This document shows, piece after piece, positions 16,873 to 26,212 of a stretch of 64,000 bases of DNA; position 1 is the first letter of the stretch; each line of letters starts with the position of its first letter. This DNA comes from Dehalococcoidia bacterium (GTDB lineage: Bacteria; Chloroflexota; Dehalococcoidia; Lucifugimonadales; UBA1123), in NCBI GenBank assembly GCA_021295915.1, contig JAGWBK010000022.1, positions 22,740-86,739 on the forward strand, written 5' to 3'. A model generated the notes under the pieces. That model ran no database searches. It saw nothing but the letters and a program-made list of their open reading frames with translations, and was not told where the DNA came from. A program made the translations under genes and the position numbers.

Positions 16873-18750
16873 ATGCTGGTCGCCAGTCTTCAAAATGTAT
16901 CCGCCCACTTCGGCTCGCAAATCGTGCTTGACGGGGTGTCGTTCCAGATCGACGACTCTGAGAAGCTGGGACTGATCGGCAGGAACGGTTCCGGCAAGAC
17001 CACCCTGCTCAACATCCTGACCGGAAGCGTGGAGCCGACCTCTGGCACAGTTGTCGTTCCGAGCGCAACGACGGTCGGATACGTACCTCAGTACATCGAT
17101 GCGCAGGACGACGTCACGGTGCAGGGCTACCTGCTGTCAGACTACAACCGGGTCTCAAACGAACTGCGCCGGGCGGAGCAAGGGCTGGAGTCGGCGAACG
17201 AAGCCAGGACGGCCCGCGCCCTGAACGTGTACCAGCGTGCTCGTGATGCCTACGATAGGATGGACGGCGAGCGATTTGTCGACGAGGCAAGGTCGATGCT
17301 GGCGAGCATGGGGCTGGAGGGCAAGGACACACAGCAGATCGGCTCGCTATCCGGCGGAGAGCAGAACGTGCTCTCTCTCACCAAGGCACTGCTCTCCAAG
17401 CCCGACCTCCTGCTGCTCGACGAGCCCGGCAACCACCTCGACTTCCTCGGCATGGCGTGGCTCGAAGACTTCCTGCTCAGGTTCAGGGGCGCGGTGCTGG
17501 TCGTGTCGCACAACCGTTACCTGCTTGACAGGGTCGCCGGCGGAATCCTGGAGCTGGAGAACGGCCGAGTCACCCGCTACGAGGGAAACTACTCTGCGTA
17601 CCGTGCACAGAGACTTCGAGGTCTGCTTTCCCAGCAGTCGGACTACATCGCCAACCAGAAGCGGCTGGCCAAGCTGGAGGCACTCGTCCACCGCTTCGAG
17701 CAGATCGCGAGGGTGAACAGCGACCCAGCATGGGGGAGGCGACTCAGGGCTCGACGCTCACAGCTCGAGCGCGAGAAGAGGCAGGCGGTGGAGAAGCCGG
17801 AGTTCGACACCTCTGCCATTCGCACTCACTTCGACTCCGCTCCCACGCGGGCGAACATCGCGGTGCAGGTGCGCAGCTACACGCGTGGGTATGGCGATGA
17901 ACTGCTCTTCGATGACGCTGAGATGGAAGTCAACGGTGGCGAGACTGTTGCGCTGGTCGGGGCCAATGGGACAGGCAAGAGCACTCTGCTGCGAGACATA
18001 GTCGAGAATGGCGCATGGGACGCCGAGCACATCCGGGTCGGACCAAGCATGAAATTAGGGTACTCAGCGCAGCAGCAGGAGACCCTGGACGACAGTCAGA
18101 CCGTCGTTCAGCAGCTCCGTGAAGTGGCACCCATGTCCATCCAGGCCGCGTTTGTACTCCTCAGCGCCCTTCTGTTCGATCGCGATGACATGGACAAGAT
18201 GGTGGGCGATCTGTCGGGAGGCGAGCGAAACCGACTTCAGATCGCGCGCCTGATGGCGACGAAGCCCAACCTGCTGATCCTCGACGAGCCGACCAACCAT
18301 ATGGACATACCGTCCCAGGAGGCGGTCGAGGAGGCGCTGGATGAGTTCCAGGGCACACTGCTGGTCGTATCGCACGACAGGTACTTCTTGGACAAGCTGG
18401 CCGAGCGGGTTATCGAGATCAGGGACCGCAAGATGGTCTCCTATCCGGGCGGATTCAGCGAGTTCTGGCAGTCTCGGAGACCGACCGACAAGCGTGTGGT
18501 GGGGCGAGTGTCCAGGCGTCGGCGACGATCAGAGCCAGACAGGGTCCAAAGGGCACACGACCGGCAGGCGCAAGCTGATCTCGAAAGGCGCATCCAAGAG
18601 GCAGAGGCGAGGAAGTTGGACCTCGAGAACGAGATGGCCCACGCGTTCGCCAATCGGGAGATGCGGCAGGGACGCCGCTCCCAGCGTCAGCTCGAAAGGC
18701 TGACGTCGGAGTTGCAGGACCTGTACGACAGGTGGGTCGAGTCAGGGTAG
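16873..18750 (+). CDS. ABC-F family ATPase (two ABC domains, no TM domain)
   Basis: Two Walker A motifs (GRNGSGKTT, GANGTGKST), two signature motifs (LSGGEQ, LSGGER) and a charged coiled-coil C-tail. Start taken at the ATG giving MLVASLQNVSAHFG. Confidence 0.9.
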   Translation: MLVASLQNVSAHFGSQIVLDGVSFQIDDSEKLGLIGRNGSGKTTLLNILTGSVEPTSGTVVVPSATTVGYVPQYIDAQDDVTVQGYLLSDYNRVSNELRRAEQGLESANEARTARALNVYQRARDAYDRMDGERFVDEARSMLASMGLEGKDTQQIGSLSGGEQNVLSLTKALLSKPDLLLLDEPGNHLDFLGMAWLEDFLLRFRGAVLVVSHNRYLLDRVAGGILELENGRVTRYEGNYSAYRAQRLRGLLSQQSDYIANQKRLAKLEALVHRFEQIARVNSDPAWGRRLRARRSQLEREKRQAVEKPEFDTSAIRTHFDSAPTRANIAVQVRSYTRGYGDELLFDDAEMEVNGGETVALVGANGTGKSTLLRDIVENGAWDAEHIRVGPSMKLGYSAQQQETLDDSQTVVQQLREVAPMSIQAAFVLLSALLFDRDDMDKMVGDLSGGERNRLQIARLMATKPNLLILDEPTNHMDIPSQEAVEEALDEFQGTLLVVSHDRYFLDKLAERVIEIRDRKMVSYPGGFSEFWQSRRPTDKRVVGRVSRRRRRSEPDRVQRAHDRQAQADLERRIQEAEARKLDLENEMAHAFANREMRQGRRSQRQLERLTSELQDLYDRWVESG

Positions 18751-18765
18751 CCTTCGTACCACATC

Positions 18766-18926
18766 CTTGGAGTGGTAGGTCGATGCGGGCGGGACGCCCG
18801 CGCTCCGCAAGCGCGCTTATTGTATGCTTGGAGCGGTAGGAGAATGTGGGCGGGAAACCTGCGCTCCTAAAGCCTTCATGCTATGTGATTGGATCGGTAT
18901 GGGCAGGTTTGAAACCTGCCCATACA
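18766..18926. repeat. Array of 2.6 diverged 61-nt tandem units, two of them (units 1 and 3) with clear GC-rich hairpins (family B-like)
   Basis: Units start at 18766, 18827 and 18888 (CTTGGAGYGGTAGG...). Hairpins include GCGGGCG-gga-CGCCCGC and TGGGCAGGTT-tga-AACCTGCCCA. Confidence 0.8.
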
Positions 18927-18943
18927 CTGACAGGAGGTGACGA

Positions 18944-19141
18944 TTGAGCAGCCTGACCAATGAAGATGTGCTGGCCATCGCTAGAGCGGTCGACCTCGAG
19001 ATACACGAGCCCGATCTGACCCAGGTGCGATACAGCCTCAATGCGATCCTGGAGGCAATGGACCAGGTCGACATACCGGGTCTGAACGCACAGGAACCTC
19101 TTCCAATCATCCCGCCGCAGGAGGAAGCAGATGGCCGATAG
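18944..19141 (+). CDS. GatC-like small protein (AtzG-like partner of the adjacent amidase)
   Basis: 65 aa, LTNEDVLAIARAVDLEIHEPDLTQVRYSLNAILEAMDQVD, matching the GatC pattern (hxxLAxLxL..eEl..h...l..IL.hh..l). TTG start after AGGAGGTG. 11-nt overlap with the amidase gene. Confidence 0.6.
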   Translation: MSSLTNEDVLAIARAVDLEIHEPDLTQVRYSLNAILEAMDQVDIPGLNAQEPLPIIPPQEEADGR

Positions 19142-20558
19142 AGACCTCATCTACCTGTCAGCGACGGAGCTTGGGCGGAGAATACAGGCGGGTGAAGTCT
19201 CACCAGTAGAGGCCGCAGAAGCGTACCTCGAACGCATCGTAGAGGTGGAGCCGAAGCTCAACGCGTACATCACCGTGCTAGGCGATGAAGCGATCGAGTC
19301 GGCACGGCAGGCCGAGTCCGAGATCGCGGCCGGAAACCACAGGGGGCCGCTGCACGGCGTTCCAGTCGGGGTGAAGGACCAGATTCACACCGCCGGCATC
19401 CTGACGACGAGCGCGTCGAAGCTCAGGGCGGACTTCGTTCCCGACGAGGACGCCACTGTCGTCCGCAACCTTAAGAGAGCAGGCGCGGTGATCATCGGCA
19501 AGCTGAACATGACCGAACTGGCCTTCGGCGACCCAATCACGTCAGCGTTCGGAGTCACTGGAAACCCGTGGGACCCGCCACGAAATCCAGGGACGTCCAG
19601 CACAGGTTCCGGGGCAGCGACAGCCTCGTTCATGTGTGCTACTTCCCTTGGAGAGGACACAGGTGGATCTGTGCGCGGCCCCGCTGCCAACTGCGGACTG
19701 GTGGGCCTGAGGCCATCGTGGGGCAGGGTCAGCCGGTACGGAGTGGACGGCGCGTCGTGGTCGCTCGACACCATCGGGCCGGTCTCCAGGACCGCAGAGG
19801 ACTGTGCGGCGACCATAGGCGCGATAGCGGGCTACGATCCGCGCGACTCGTACACGTGGGACACACCGGTGCCGGACTACCCGTCGCTCCTCGGAGGCGG
19901 CATATCAGGTCTGAGAATCGGCGTGGTCAAGGAGTTCACCGATCCCGAGTTATCTCCCGCCACACCTGAAACGCTTGACGCGATCTCTGCCGCAACTGAA
20001 GTGCTCATCGAGCTGGGAGCGGAAGTCCAGCAGGTGTCGCTGCCGCTGGCTCCACTTGCGGGGGTTGCGAGCCGCACCATCAGCGCGGTCGAGCGGGCAG
20101 GCCTAAACCCGCAATGGATTCGCGAGAGGGCTGAGGACTTCCATCCCAACATCAGGGTGCAGCTGATGACCGCGGACCTGATCCCGGCCACCGTGTACAA
20201 CAAGGCGCAGAAGATGCGGTCGATGATACGCGCCCAGGCTCTCGAGATGCTTGAATCCGTTGACGTGCTGCTGATGCCGACATCGCCTGCTCCACCGCAG
20301 GTGATGGACCTCACCGCGGGCATAAACAGCGAACGCGAAGCATCATCGTGGCTGTCGGATGCCAGTTTCAGGGGCCTGTTCAGCATGGTCAGCGGTCCTG
20401 CGCTGTCCATATGCTGCGGGTTCACCACCGAAGACGGGGTCGAGCTGCCCCTGGCCATGCAGATCGCTGGCAGACCGTTCGATGAGGCCACTCTATTGAG
20501 AGTCGCCCACACTTACGAGCAGGCGACCGAGTGGCACACACGCCGGCCACCGATTTAG
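19131..20558 (+). CDS. Amidase-signature (GatA-like) family amidase
   Basis: 475 aa with GPLHGVPVGVKDQI, GTSSTGSGAATA and DTGGSVRGPAA motifs (Ser-cisSer-Lys family). Confidence 0.9.
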   Translation: MADRDLIYLSATELGRRIQAGEVSPVEAAEAYLERIVEVEPKLNAYITVLGDEAIESARQAESEIAAGNHRGPLHGVPVGVKDQIHTAGILTTSASKLRADFVPDEDATVVRNLKRAGAVIIGKLNMTELAFGDPITSAFGVTGNPWDPPRNPGTSSTGSGAATASFMCATSLGEDTGGSVRGPAANCGLVGLRPSWGRVSRYGVDGASWSLDTIGPVSRTAEDCAATIGAIAGYDPRDSYTWDTPVPDYPSLLGGGISGLRIGVVKEFTDPELSPATPETLDAISAATEVLIELGAEVQQVSLPLAPLAGVASRTISAVERAGLNPQWIRERAEDFHPNIRVQLMTADLIPATVYNKAQKMRSMIRAQALEMLESVDVLLMPTSPAPPQVMDLTAGINSEREASSWLSDASFRGLFSMVSGPALSICCGFTTEDGVELPLAMQIAGRPFDEATLLRVAHTYEQATEWHTRRPPI

Positions 20559-20560
20559 AA

Positions 20561-21541
20561 GTGAGTGACGTCCTGATTACCGGGGCCGCCGGATTTGGCG
20601 GGTCCAACCTGTCGAGAGCACTACTCAAGCAGGGGTACAGCGTAACCGGGCTGGATATCACAGCACCAGGCCACGCTGACCTGTTGCGACACGAACTGTG
20701 CAATCCACACTTCAGCTACGTGTGGAAGAGCATCCAGGACATTCAACCCGGGGACGTGGAGGGCCATTCGGTCGTGGTGCATATGGCAGCTCAACCAGAT
20801 ACCCCCCTTGGCTTCGAGTCACCGCGTTACACCGTCATGCAGAACATAGATGGCACCGTCGCCTTGCTGGAAGCAGTGCGACACGCTGGATGCGTGTCGA
20901 AAGTGATATTTGCTGGATCCGGGAATGAAGTCGGTCGCCCACTCTATTCCCCCATCGACGAAGATCATCCTCTGACTCCGCACAATCCGTACGGGTTCTC
21001 TAAGGCGGCAGCCGAACTCGCCCTGTGGTCGTGGCATCGAGCCTACGGGGTACCGTCAATCGTCATGACCACAGGCGTTGTTATCGGTCCCAACATGCGA
21101 CGCGAGGTCTTCATATTCAAGTGGTTATGGAACGCTCTGTGTGGCAAGCCCATAATCGTTGAGGGCGGACAGCAGACGAGGGATGTGTCCTACATTGACG
21201 ACGCAGTGAAGGCGTGGGTTCTTGCGATTCAAGCGCCTCACAGAGATGTCGTAGGGCACAAATTCCTCGTGGGCTCCGGCCGAGAGTACTCCATCGATGA
21301 ACTGGCAAAGATCTGTCGGAACGTGGCCGGGACAGACGTCCCGATCGAATACGTCGACTACCGACCTGGGGAAGAGGGTCAGCGCGAGGCGTTCAACCCC
21401 GACAAAGCCCGGCGGGTACTGGGGTACTCTCCAAAGATTGGGCCTGAAGAGGCCATCTCTCTAACCGCCGAGTGGATAAGCCACCTTGCGGGCTCCTCGC
21501 CAAGCCACGTTCAGGCCCACGCGCGACCTCCAGAGAAGTAA
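20561..21541 (+). CDS. NAD-dependent epimerase/dehydratase (extended SDR)
   Basis: VLITGAAGFGGSNL Rossmann motif and the YGFSKAAAE catalytic YxxxK. GTG start 2 nt after the amidase stop. Confidence 0.85.
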   Translation: MSDVLITGAAGFGGSNLSRALLKQGYSVTGLDITAPGHADLLRHELCNPHFSYVWKSIQDIQPGDVEGHSVVVHMAAQPDTPLGFESPRYTVMQNIDGTVALLEAVRHAGCVSKVIFAGSGNEVGRPLYSPIDEDHPLTPHNPYGFSKAAAELALWSWHRAYGVPSIVMTTGVVIGPNMRREVFIFKWLWNALCGKPIIVEGGQQTRDVSYIDDAVKAWVLAIQAPHRDVVGHKFLVGSGREYSIDELAKICRNVAGTDVPIEYVDYRPGEEGQREAFNPDKARRVLGYSPKIGPEEAISLTAEWISHLAGSSPSHVQAHARPPEK

Positions 21542-22129
21542 TCCGTCCAAAAAGTCGGGCCACCCAATCTGATCGGCCGACTTTCCGAGCATACTGGCCA
21601 CTAACACAGCCAGTATGGAGTCGTGGGTAACAAACACATTCACACGTCCGCTGCGTCCCAGCCCGCGTGCGACGAGTTCAATTAGCATCCCGACGCCATC
21701 TGCGGTAGGACGCATTCCTGCCGGCGGCTCGGAGCCTGACAACTGGCGGCGTACAATGTCGAGTATATCTGTCTCCAAGAACAGAGGGCCCGAAACTTCG
21801 GGGTCCACGACAAACGGGCCAGGGTCACCCAATGTGCGATCGAGTTGAACCGGGGAGTCGCTGCCACAACCTTGGAGAATAGCCTCAGCGGTCTGAACAC
21901 ACCTCGGCACCGGACTTGATGTGACGAAAACTTGTCTACCCGCGATCAGTGCCTTTCCAAGCTGAGCCGCCGATACGACACCATGCGCAGTCAGTGGAAC
22001 GTCGACTCCAAAAGTGCCAGTCCGGATTTCCTCCCTCTCGGCATGCCTGATTACCAGCGCAGCGTCTATTCGGTCAGGAATCGATTCCAGCCCGTCCAGA
22101 ATGTAGTCGACAGGGCTGTAGCCGTTCAC
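21461..22129 (-). CDS. Histidine phosphatase (phosphoglycerate-mutase-like) family protein
   Basis: 222 aa with LVIRHAEREE (RHxE catalytic motif) and VFVTHDSILAV (second His). Confidence 0.75.
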   Translation of the reverse strand: MNGYSPVDYILDGLESIPDRIDAALVIRHAEREEIRTGTFGVDVPLTAHGVVSAAQLGKALIAGRQVFVTSSPVPRCVQTAEAILQGCGSDSPVQLDRTLGDPGPFVVDPEVSGPLFLETDILDIVRRQLSGSEPPAGMRPTADGVGMLIELVARGLGRSGRVNVFVTHDSILAVLVASMLGKSADQIGWPDFLDGLLLWRSRVGLNVAWRGARKVAYPLGG

Positions 22130-23817
22130 ACTGCCACCGCACGGATTACGGAACTGACCGACTCAGTCGGTATCACGTCAAGTACCCTAAATCCTGAACT
22201 GTCCAGCATGTATCTGAACTGGGCTTCGGTTCGTTCGGCGCCTCCGGTAGTCACGAGCATGTGCAGGTCGAGCAAGCTACCTGAACCTGTTGTGTCATCC
22301 TTAACCATCTCGACTACATAGAGGATGTTGTCTGCGCACATCGATTCCCGGGCGCGTTTCAGAATTCTCAGCGCGTCTGAATCCGACCAGTCGTGCAGCA
22401 CTCTTGCGAGAACTATTGTCTCAGATGATATCGGCCACTTCTCGAACAGGTCAGCACCCACGAAAGTGCAGCGGCCATCCAAGTCTTCTGGGACTTTGGC
22501 GGTAGATGTTACCTCGGGTCTGTCCATCACCACCCCGAACAAGCCAGGACAGGAACGCAACAGAGCAAAGGTCAACTCTCCAGTTCCACCGCCGGCATCC
22601 AAGATACTCTGATGACCGGTGAAGTTGACGGCCTCGGCCAAGTCACGGTAGTCGTGCTTAGCGTACGTGGCCATAGCATTGTGATATGACCGCAGATCTC
22701 CAGGACGTTCCCCCACCCATTCGAAGAAGTTCTTTCCAAAAGCACTTTCAAAGCCGGGCTGACCTGTACGTAGCGCGTGAACTACATCTGACCAGGCCGC
22801 GTACGACTCCCTGCCCCAGTGGAGAGCCGCATCGGCCAGCGAGAGTGGATGTTTCCTAGATAAGTAAGAACCTCTGTCAGTGGGATGGTAGAGATCGCCC
22901 TCGTCTCGGCTTACCAGACCCATTTCCATCAACGCGTGCAGCAATCTGTTGCCGGTATCCGCAGCAAGGTGGCACCTGCTCTCGATTTGCTCCGCCGTGG
23001 CGGGTAACGGTTCAAACACTCCGAGTTCGACCGCGACACGAATGGTCTGAGTCCTCCAGAGGCCAACCATTTCGCCGGAAAGCTCCTCCAGAGGAGAGTG
23101 CGTAGGCTTCCTAAGCTCGAGCGTGGTATTGCCTGAGTGGTTTATCGTCGACAGAGAGCCGTCGAACCTCTCTACTCTGGACTGCCCGTTGTAGAAGGGC
23201 TCAACACTTCTGAACCTACTCTCGTACAGTTGCACTCCCCTTGTGTCCACATGATGCCATCCGTTCGAGTCGCAAGCTCTCGCGTGTCCCTTGTGGAAGA
23301 CATCGAGGTCCAAGAACCAGCGACTGTGGACAAGATTCCCTGACGCGTCTATGTGGGTGTGTTTGCCATCTGACCTCTGAACGACAGCGATTCCGTCCCT
23401 AAAGTCGCCGGCGTAGCTGTAGCGCTCTGAGTAGGCAGGAGAACCGTCGTCAGTGGTGTGAAAATAGCTGCCGTCGTTTAAGCGGACCGGACATCGGCCC
23501 TCCTGGAAGTTCCCGCACCAGGCGTACATCTCCGAGTGAAGGGGACTTCCGTCGGGGAGGATGTGGCACCATCCGCGATGGGTTTGGACTGCAGCTTTCC
23601 CATCGTAGAAACCATAGGTCTCTACGAAGCGGGAGAGATACGCTGGCAACCCGTCAGAAGTGATGTGGTAGGCGCCCGTGCTGTCCCTGGCCGGCGCTAG
23701 ACCAGGCTCGTGAAACTTCTGAACCTCCAAGAACCTCTGGGTGTACGCGGGTTTCCCGTTGAGCAGGTGATGGGTGCCTTCTGTGGACAACGTGTAGTCC
23801 AGCCAAGTGGCGTTCAC
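22126..23817 (-). CDS. Fusion protein with an N-terminal WG-repeat region and a C-terminal class I SAM-dependent O-methyltransferase (small-molecule OMT type with a dimerisation/winged-helix domain)
   Basis: Repeated ..G.AxVxx.dGWghIdxxG.. units (aa 20-245), then LGVFEPL...MEMGLVSRD, then ILDAGGGTGELTFALL...ARVLHDWSD. Likely GTG start at 23817, giving a GTGA overlap with the upstream stop (the ATG at 23844 is also possible). Confidence 0.75.
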   Translation of the reverse strand: MNATWLDYTLSTEGTHHLLNGKPAYTQRFLEVQKFHEPGLAPARDSTGAYHITSDGLPAYLSRFVETYGFYDGKAAVQTHRGWCHILPDGSPLHSEMYAWCGNFQEGRCPVRLNDGSYFHTTDDGSPAYSERYSYAGDFRDGIAVVQRSDGKHTHIDASGNLVHSRWFLDLDVFHKGHARACDSNGWHHVDTRGVQLYESRFRSVEPFYNGQSRVERFDGSLSTINHSGNTTLELRKPTHSPLEELSGEMVGLWRTQTIRVAVELGVFEPLPATAEQIESRCHLAADTGNRLLHALMEMGLVSRDEGDLYHPTDRGSYLSRKHPLSLADAALHWGRESYAAWSDVVHALRTGQPGFESAFGKNFFEWVGERPGDLRSYHNAMATYAKHDYRDLAEAVNFTGHQSILDAGGGTGELTFALLRSCPGLFGVVMDRPEVTSTAKVPEDLDGRCTFVGADLFEKWPISSETIVLARVLHDWSDSDALRILKRARESMCADNILYVVEMVKDDTTGSGSLLDLHMLVTTGGAERTEAQFRYMLDSSGFRVLDVIPTESVSSVIRAVAV

Positions 23818-24911
23818 GAGGTAACTGGTCTCCTCATGTTGCAACCCTGACAGAGGGCGTTCTGCATGTAGTTGGACCGCAGGAAAGTGTATTCACTGCC
23901 ATTCCAAATATCGCTCAAACTCGTGCTATTGAGATTACCGAACTCGCCAAGTGTGCGCCGCAGCACGTCCGGGGCACAGCACGGGTTGAACCTTCCGTCA
24001 GAGGCCACCCATGCCTCATGCCCGAGGAACGGACACTCTCCTCCGGGGGCAATGTCTCCATCGACTTCTTCGTCGAGCCTGAATATGTTCTCGAGAAGTA
24101 CCTTCTCGCCCGAGGGGAGTCTGTGCAACTCCGCCATTTCGTGAGCCTCGTCGACCACAGCGTTCCATCGGGTGATCGCCTCAGGGCTTCGCCGCATCGA
24201 CTGGCGCCGCATTTGATCGAAGTGCACCCACAGGTGGTGCCCCTTCACGCGATCTACACCTAGATTTGCAGCAAGAATCACGACATCCGGAAGCTCCCTA
24301 ATGTTGATCTCCATGAAGGTCAGTTGAAATGTCACACGGCACCGGTTTCCGCCGTTCTGTGCGTGTTCGTCCCTAACTGCGATGAATTGCCTCACGTTGT
24401 CCAAAACTTCTTCCCAGTTGGAGCCCAGCATCACGCTCTCGTGCGTCTGTCGCGTCGAGCCATTCCAGGAGATCTTCACGTCCGATCCCACCGGTACGAT
24501 GCGCTCTGCCCAAGGCCTAGCACCTCTACGCGGGAAGGTCCCGTTGGTGGTCAAGTTCAGCCTCACACCATAGTTGGAACACAGGTCGATGATCTCGTCG
24601 AAGTGCCGATACAGCAGCGGTTCACCCATAGTGGAGGGGATGATTTCACGAAGCGCCGTTCCCTGGGATTCGGCCAGGACACGCCGAACCAGTTCGATGT
24701 CCATTCGGCGCTTGGGACGCCCATCCCTCCTGCGCTCTGCCTGGGTTGTACTGTACGGCGAGTGATCCTCGCACATTATGCAATGCAGGTTGCAGTCGTC
24801 GGGATTCGTGTCGAAGGTTATTCGCCAAGGGCCCTTACCGGAGCCTGCACTTTGGGACGAGGGGTCTAACTTTCGGTCAACCCGTCCATGGAACGTCCCC
24901 GTGGTCATCAC
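23814..24911 (-). CDS. Radical SAM enzyme with a C-terminal SPASM/twitch-type Cys cluster
   Basis: 365 aa with DDCNLHCIMCE (CxxxCxxC), GEPLL and a C-terminal CPFLGHEAWVASDGRFNPCC...ALCQGCNMRR. Confidence 0.85.
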   Translation of the reverse strand: MMTTGTFHGRVDRKLDPSSQSAGSGKGPWRITFDTNPDDCNLHCIMCEDHSPYSTTQAERRRDGRPKRRMDIELVRRVLAESQGTALREIIPSTMGEPLLYRHFDEIIDLCSNYGVRLNLTTNGTFPRRGARPWAERIVPVGSDVKISWNGSTRQTHESVMLGSNWEEVLDNVRQFIAVRDEHAQNGGNRCRVTFQLTFMEINIRELPDVVILAANLGVDRVKGHHLWVHFDQMRRQSMRRSPEAITRWNAVVDEAHEMAELHRLPSGEKVLLENIFRLDEEVDGDIAPGGECPFLGHEAWVASDGRFNPCCAPDVLRRTLGEFGNLNSTSLSDIWNGSEYTFLRSNYMQNALCQGCNMRRPVTS

Positions 24912-26212
24912 TTCCCTCCACGTACCAGAGAGTCATAGATTCTCTCAATTGCCAGGGCGTGCTCAGTCATATCGGGCACATTCCCATCTCTGGATTGGAG
25001 ATAGCCCCGGTTACCTAATCGCTGAGCCAGATCAGGATCATCGGCCATACGCTGCATCTGTTCAGCTAAGGAAGTCGGGTCTCTGTGAGTGAAAAGCAGC
25101 CCGTTGTCCTCGTGGCGCACGTATTCCGCCATGCCTCCGAAGTCGGCCGTAATCACCGGTACGCCGGCCTGTTGCGCCTCGTGAATCACAAGTGGAGAGT
25201 TCTCAGCCCATATTGACGGAACAACGATCACGTCGCACCTGTCGAACACCTCGGAGACAATCTCAGGGTTCCGGTACTCACCCATCCACTCTATTCGATC
25301 TGTCGCCAGGCCAGGCAGGCTATCAGCCAACGACTTCAGTCCCGCCGTCTCCACTCCCCTATCGCGACCCCAGATCCTGAGCATGGCATCACCAGACAGC
25401 CGACCAAATGACTCGATAAGGTGGTCCACGCCCTTTGCGGCTATATGAGTCCCTATGTACCCAAATGTGAAGGGTTCGCCTTCGCACCTGTTTCGACCTT
25501 CCATGCGCTCCCTGTGGAAGCCGTAGTCCAAGTAGGTGAGCTTCTCTGAGGGGATGCCAAACTCATCCCTAAACCGCTCCATCAGATACCTGGCCGGAGC
25601 GATGAATACGTCGACCGCATCACAGACATCTCGCACATGGGCCATTCTTCGTCCGATCCAGTCCGTCCAATAGGATACGTCGGCTTCGTATTCGCTGTCG
25701 GCTCCTGAGAAGTAGCGGACGTAGCAGCGCACTGCGCACTTCTGGTCATCCTGGCCGTCACAGACAGACCAGTTATCTGTCGGGTCTTCGGGAAACATCT
25801 GGATGAACTGACCCCGCGGGCACATGAGCCAGTAGTCGTGCAGTGTGAACACCACGGGAATCTGTCGGTCCCTAGCCCTGAATACCAGCGACGTAGAGAG
25901 ATGGTTGAGATGGCCAATATGGACGATTTCTGGCTGCACTTCGTCAAGTAGATTCCCGAATGCGTCGTCTACAGCCTGGCGCCTGTATCCGTCCCCTCCC
26001 CTGGCCATATTTATCACATGCAGTGTGATCCTGGGATCTGCCACGTCTTGCTCACGAGCCACAACGTACTCAGGGAGGAATGCATTCTCCTGCCTGGTGA
26101 ACACGTGCACCTCGTGGCGATCGGCGAGGGCCTGTGCCAGTCCTTGGGAATACACCTCCGACCCGGCGTTATAACGCATCGGATAGCCATGTATCACTTT
26201 GACTACTCTCAA
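24908..26212 (-). CDS. GT4-type (GT-B fold) glycosyltransferase
   Basis: 434 aa with a C-terminal VVPSIWAENSPLVIHEAQQAGVPVITADFGGMAEYVRHEDNGLLF (E-x7-E region). TTG start 8 nt after GAGGA. Unusual Cys-rich insert MCPRG...CDGQDDQKCAVRC. Confidence 0.85.
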   Translation of the reverse strand: MRVVKVIHGYPMRYNAGSEVYSQGLAQALADRHEVHVFTRQENAFLPEYVVAREQDVADPRITLHVINMARGGDGYRRQAVDDAFGNLLDEVQPEIVHIGHLNHLSTSLVFRARDRQIPVVFTLHDYWLMCPRGQFIQMFPEDPTDNWSVCDGQDDQKCAVRCYVRYFSGADSEYEADVSYWTDWIGRRMAHVRDVCDAVDVFIAPARYLMERFRDEFGIPSEKLTYLDYGFHRERMEGRNRCEGEPFTFGYIGTHIAAKGVDHLIESFGRLSGDAMLRIWGRDRGVETAGLKSLADSLPGLATDRIEWMGEYRNPEIVSEVFDRCDVIVVPSIWAENSPLVIHEAQQAGVPVITADFGGMAEYVRHEDNGLLFTHRDPTSLAEQMQRMADDPDLAQRLGNRGYLQSRDGNVPDMTEHALAIERIYDSLVRGGK

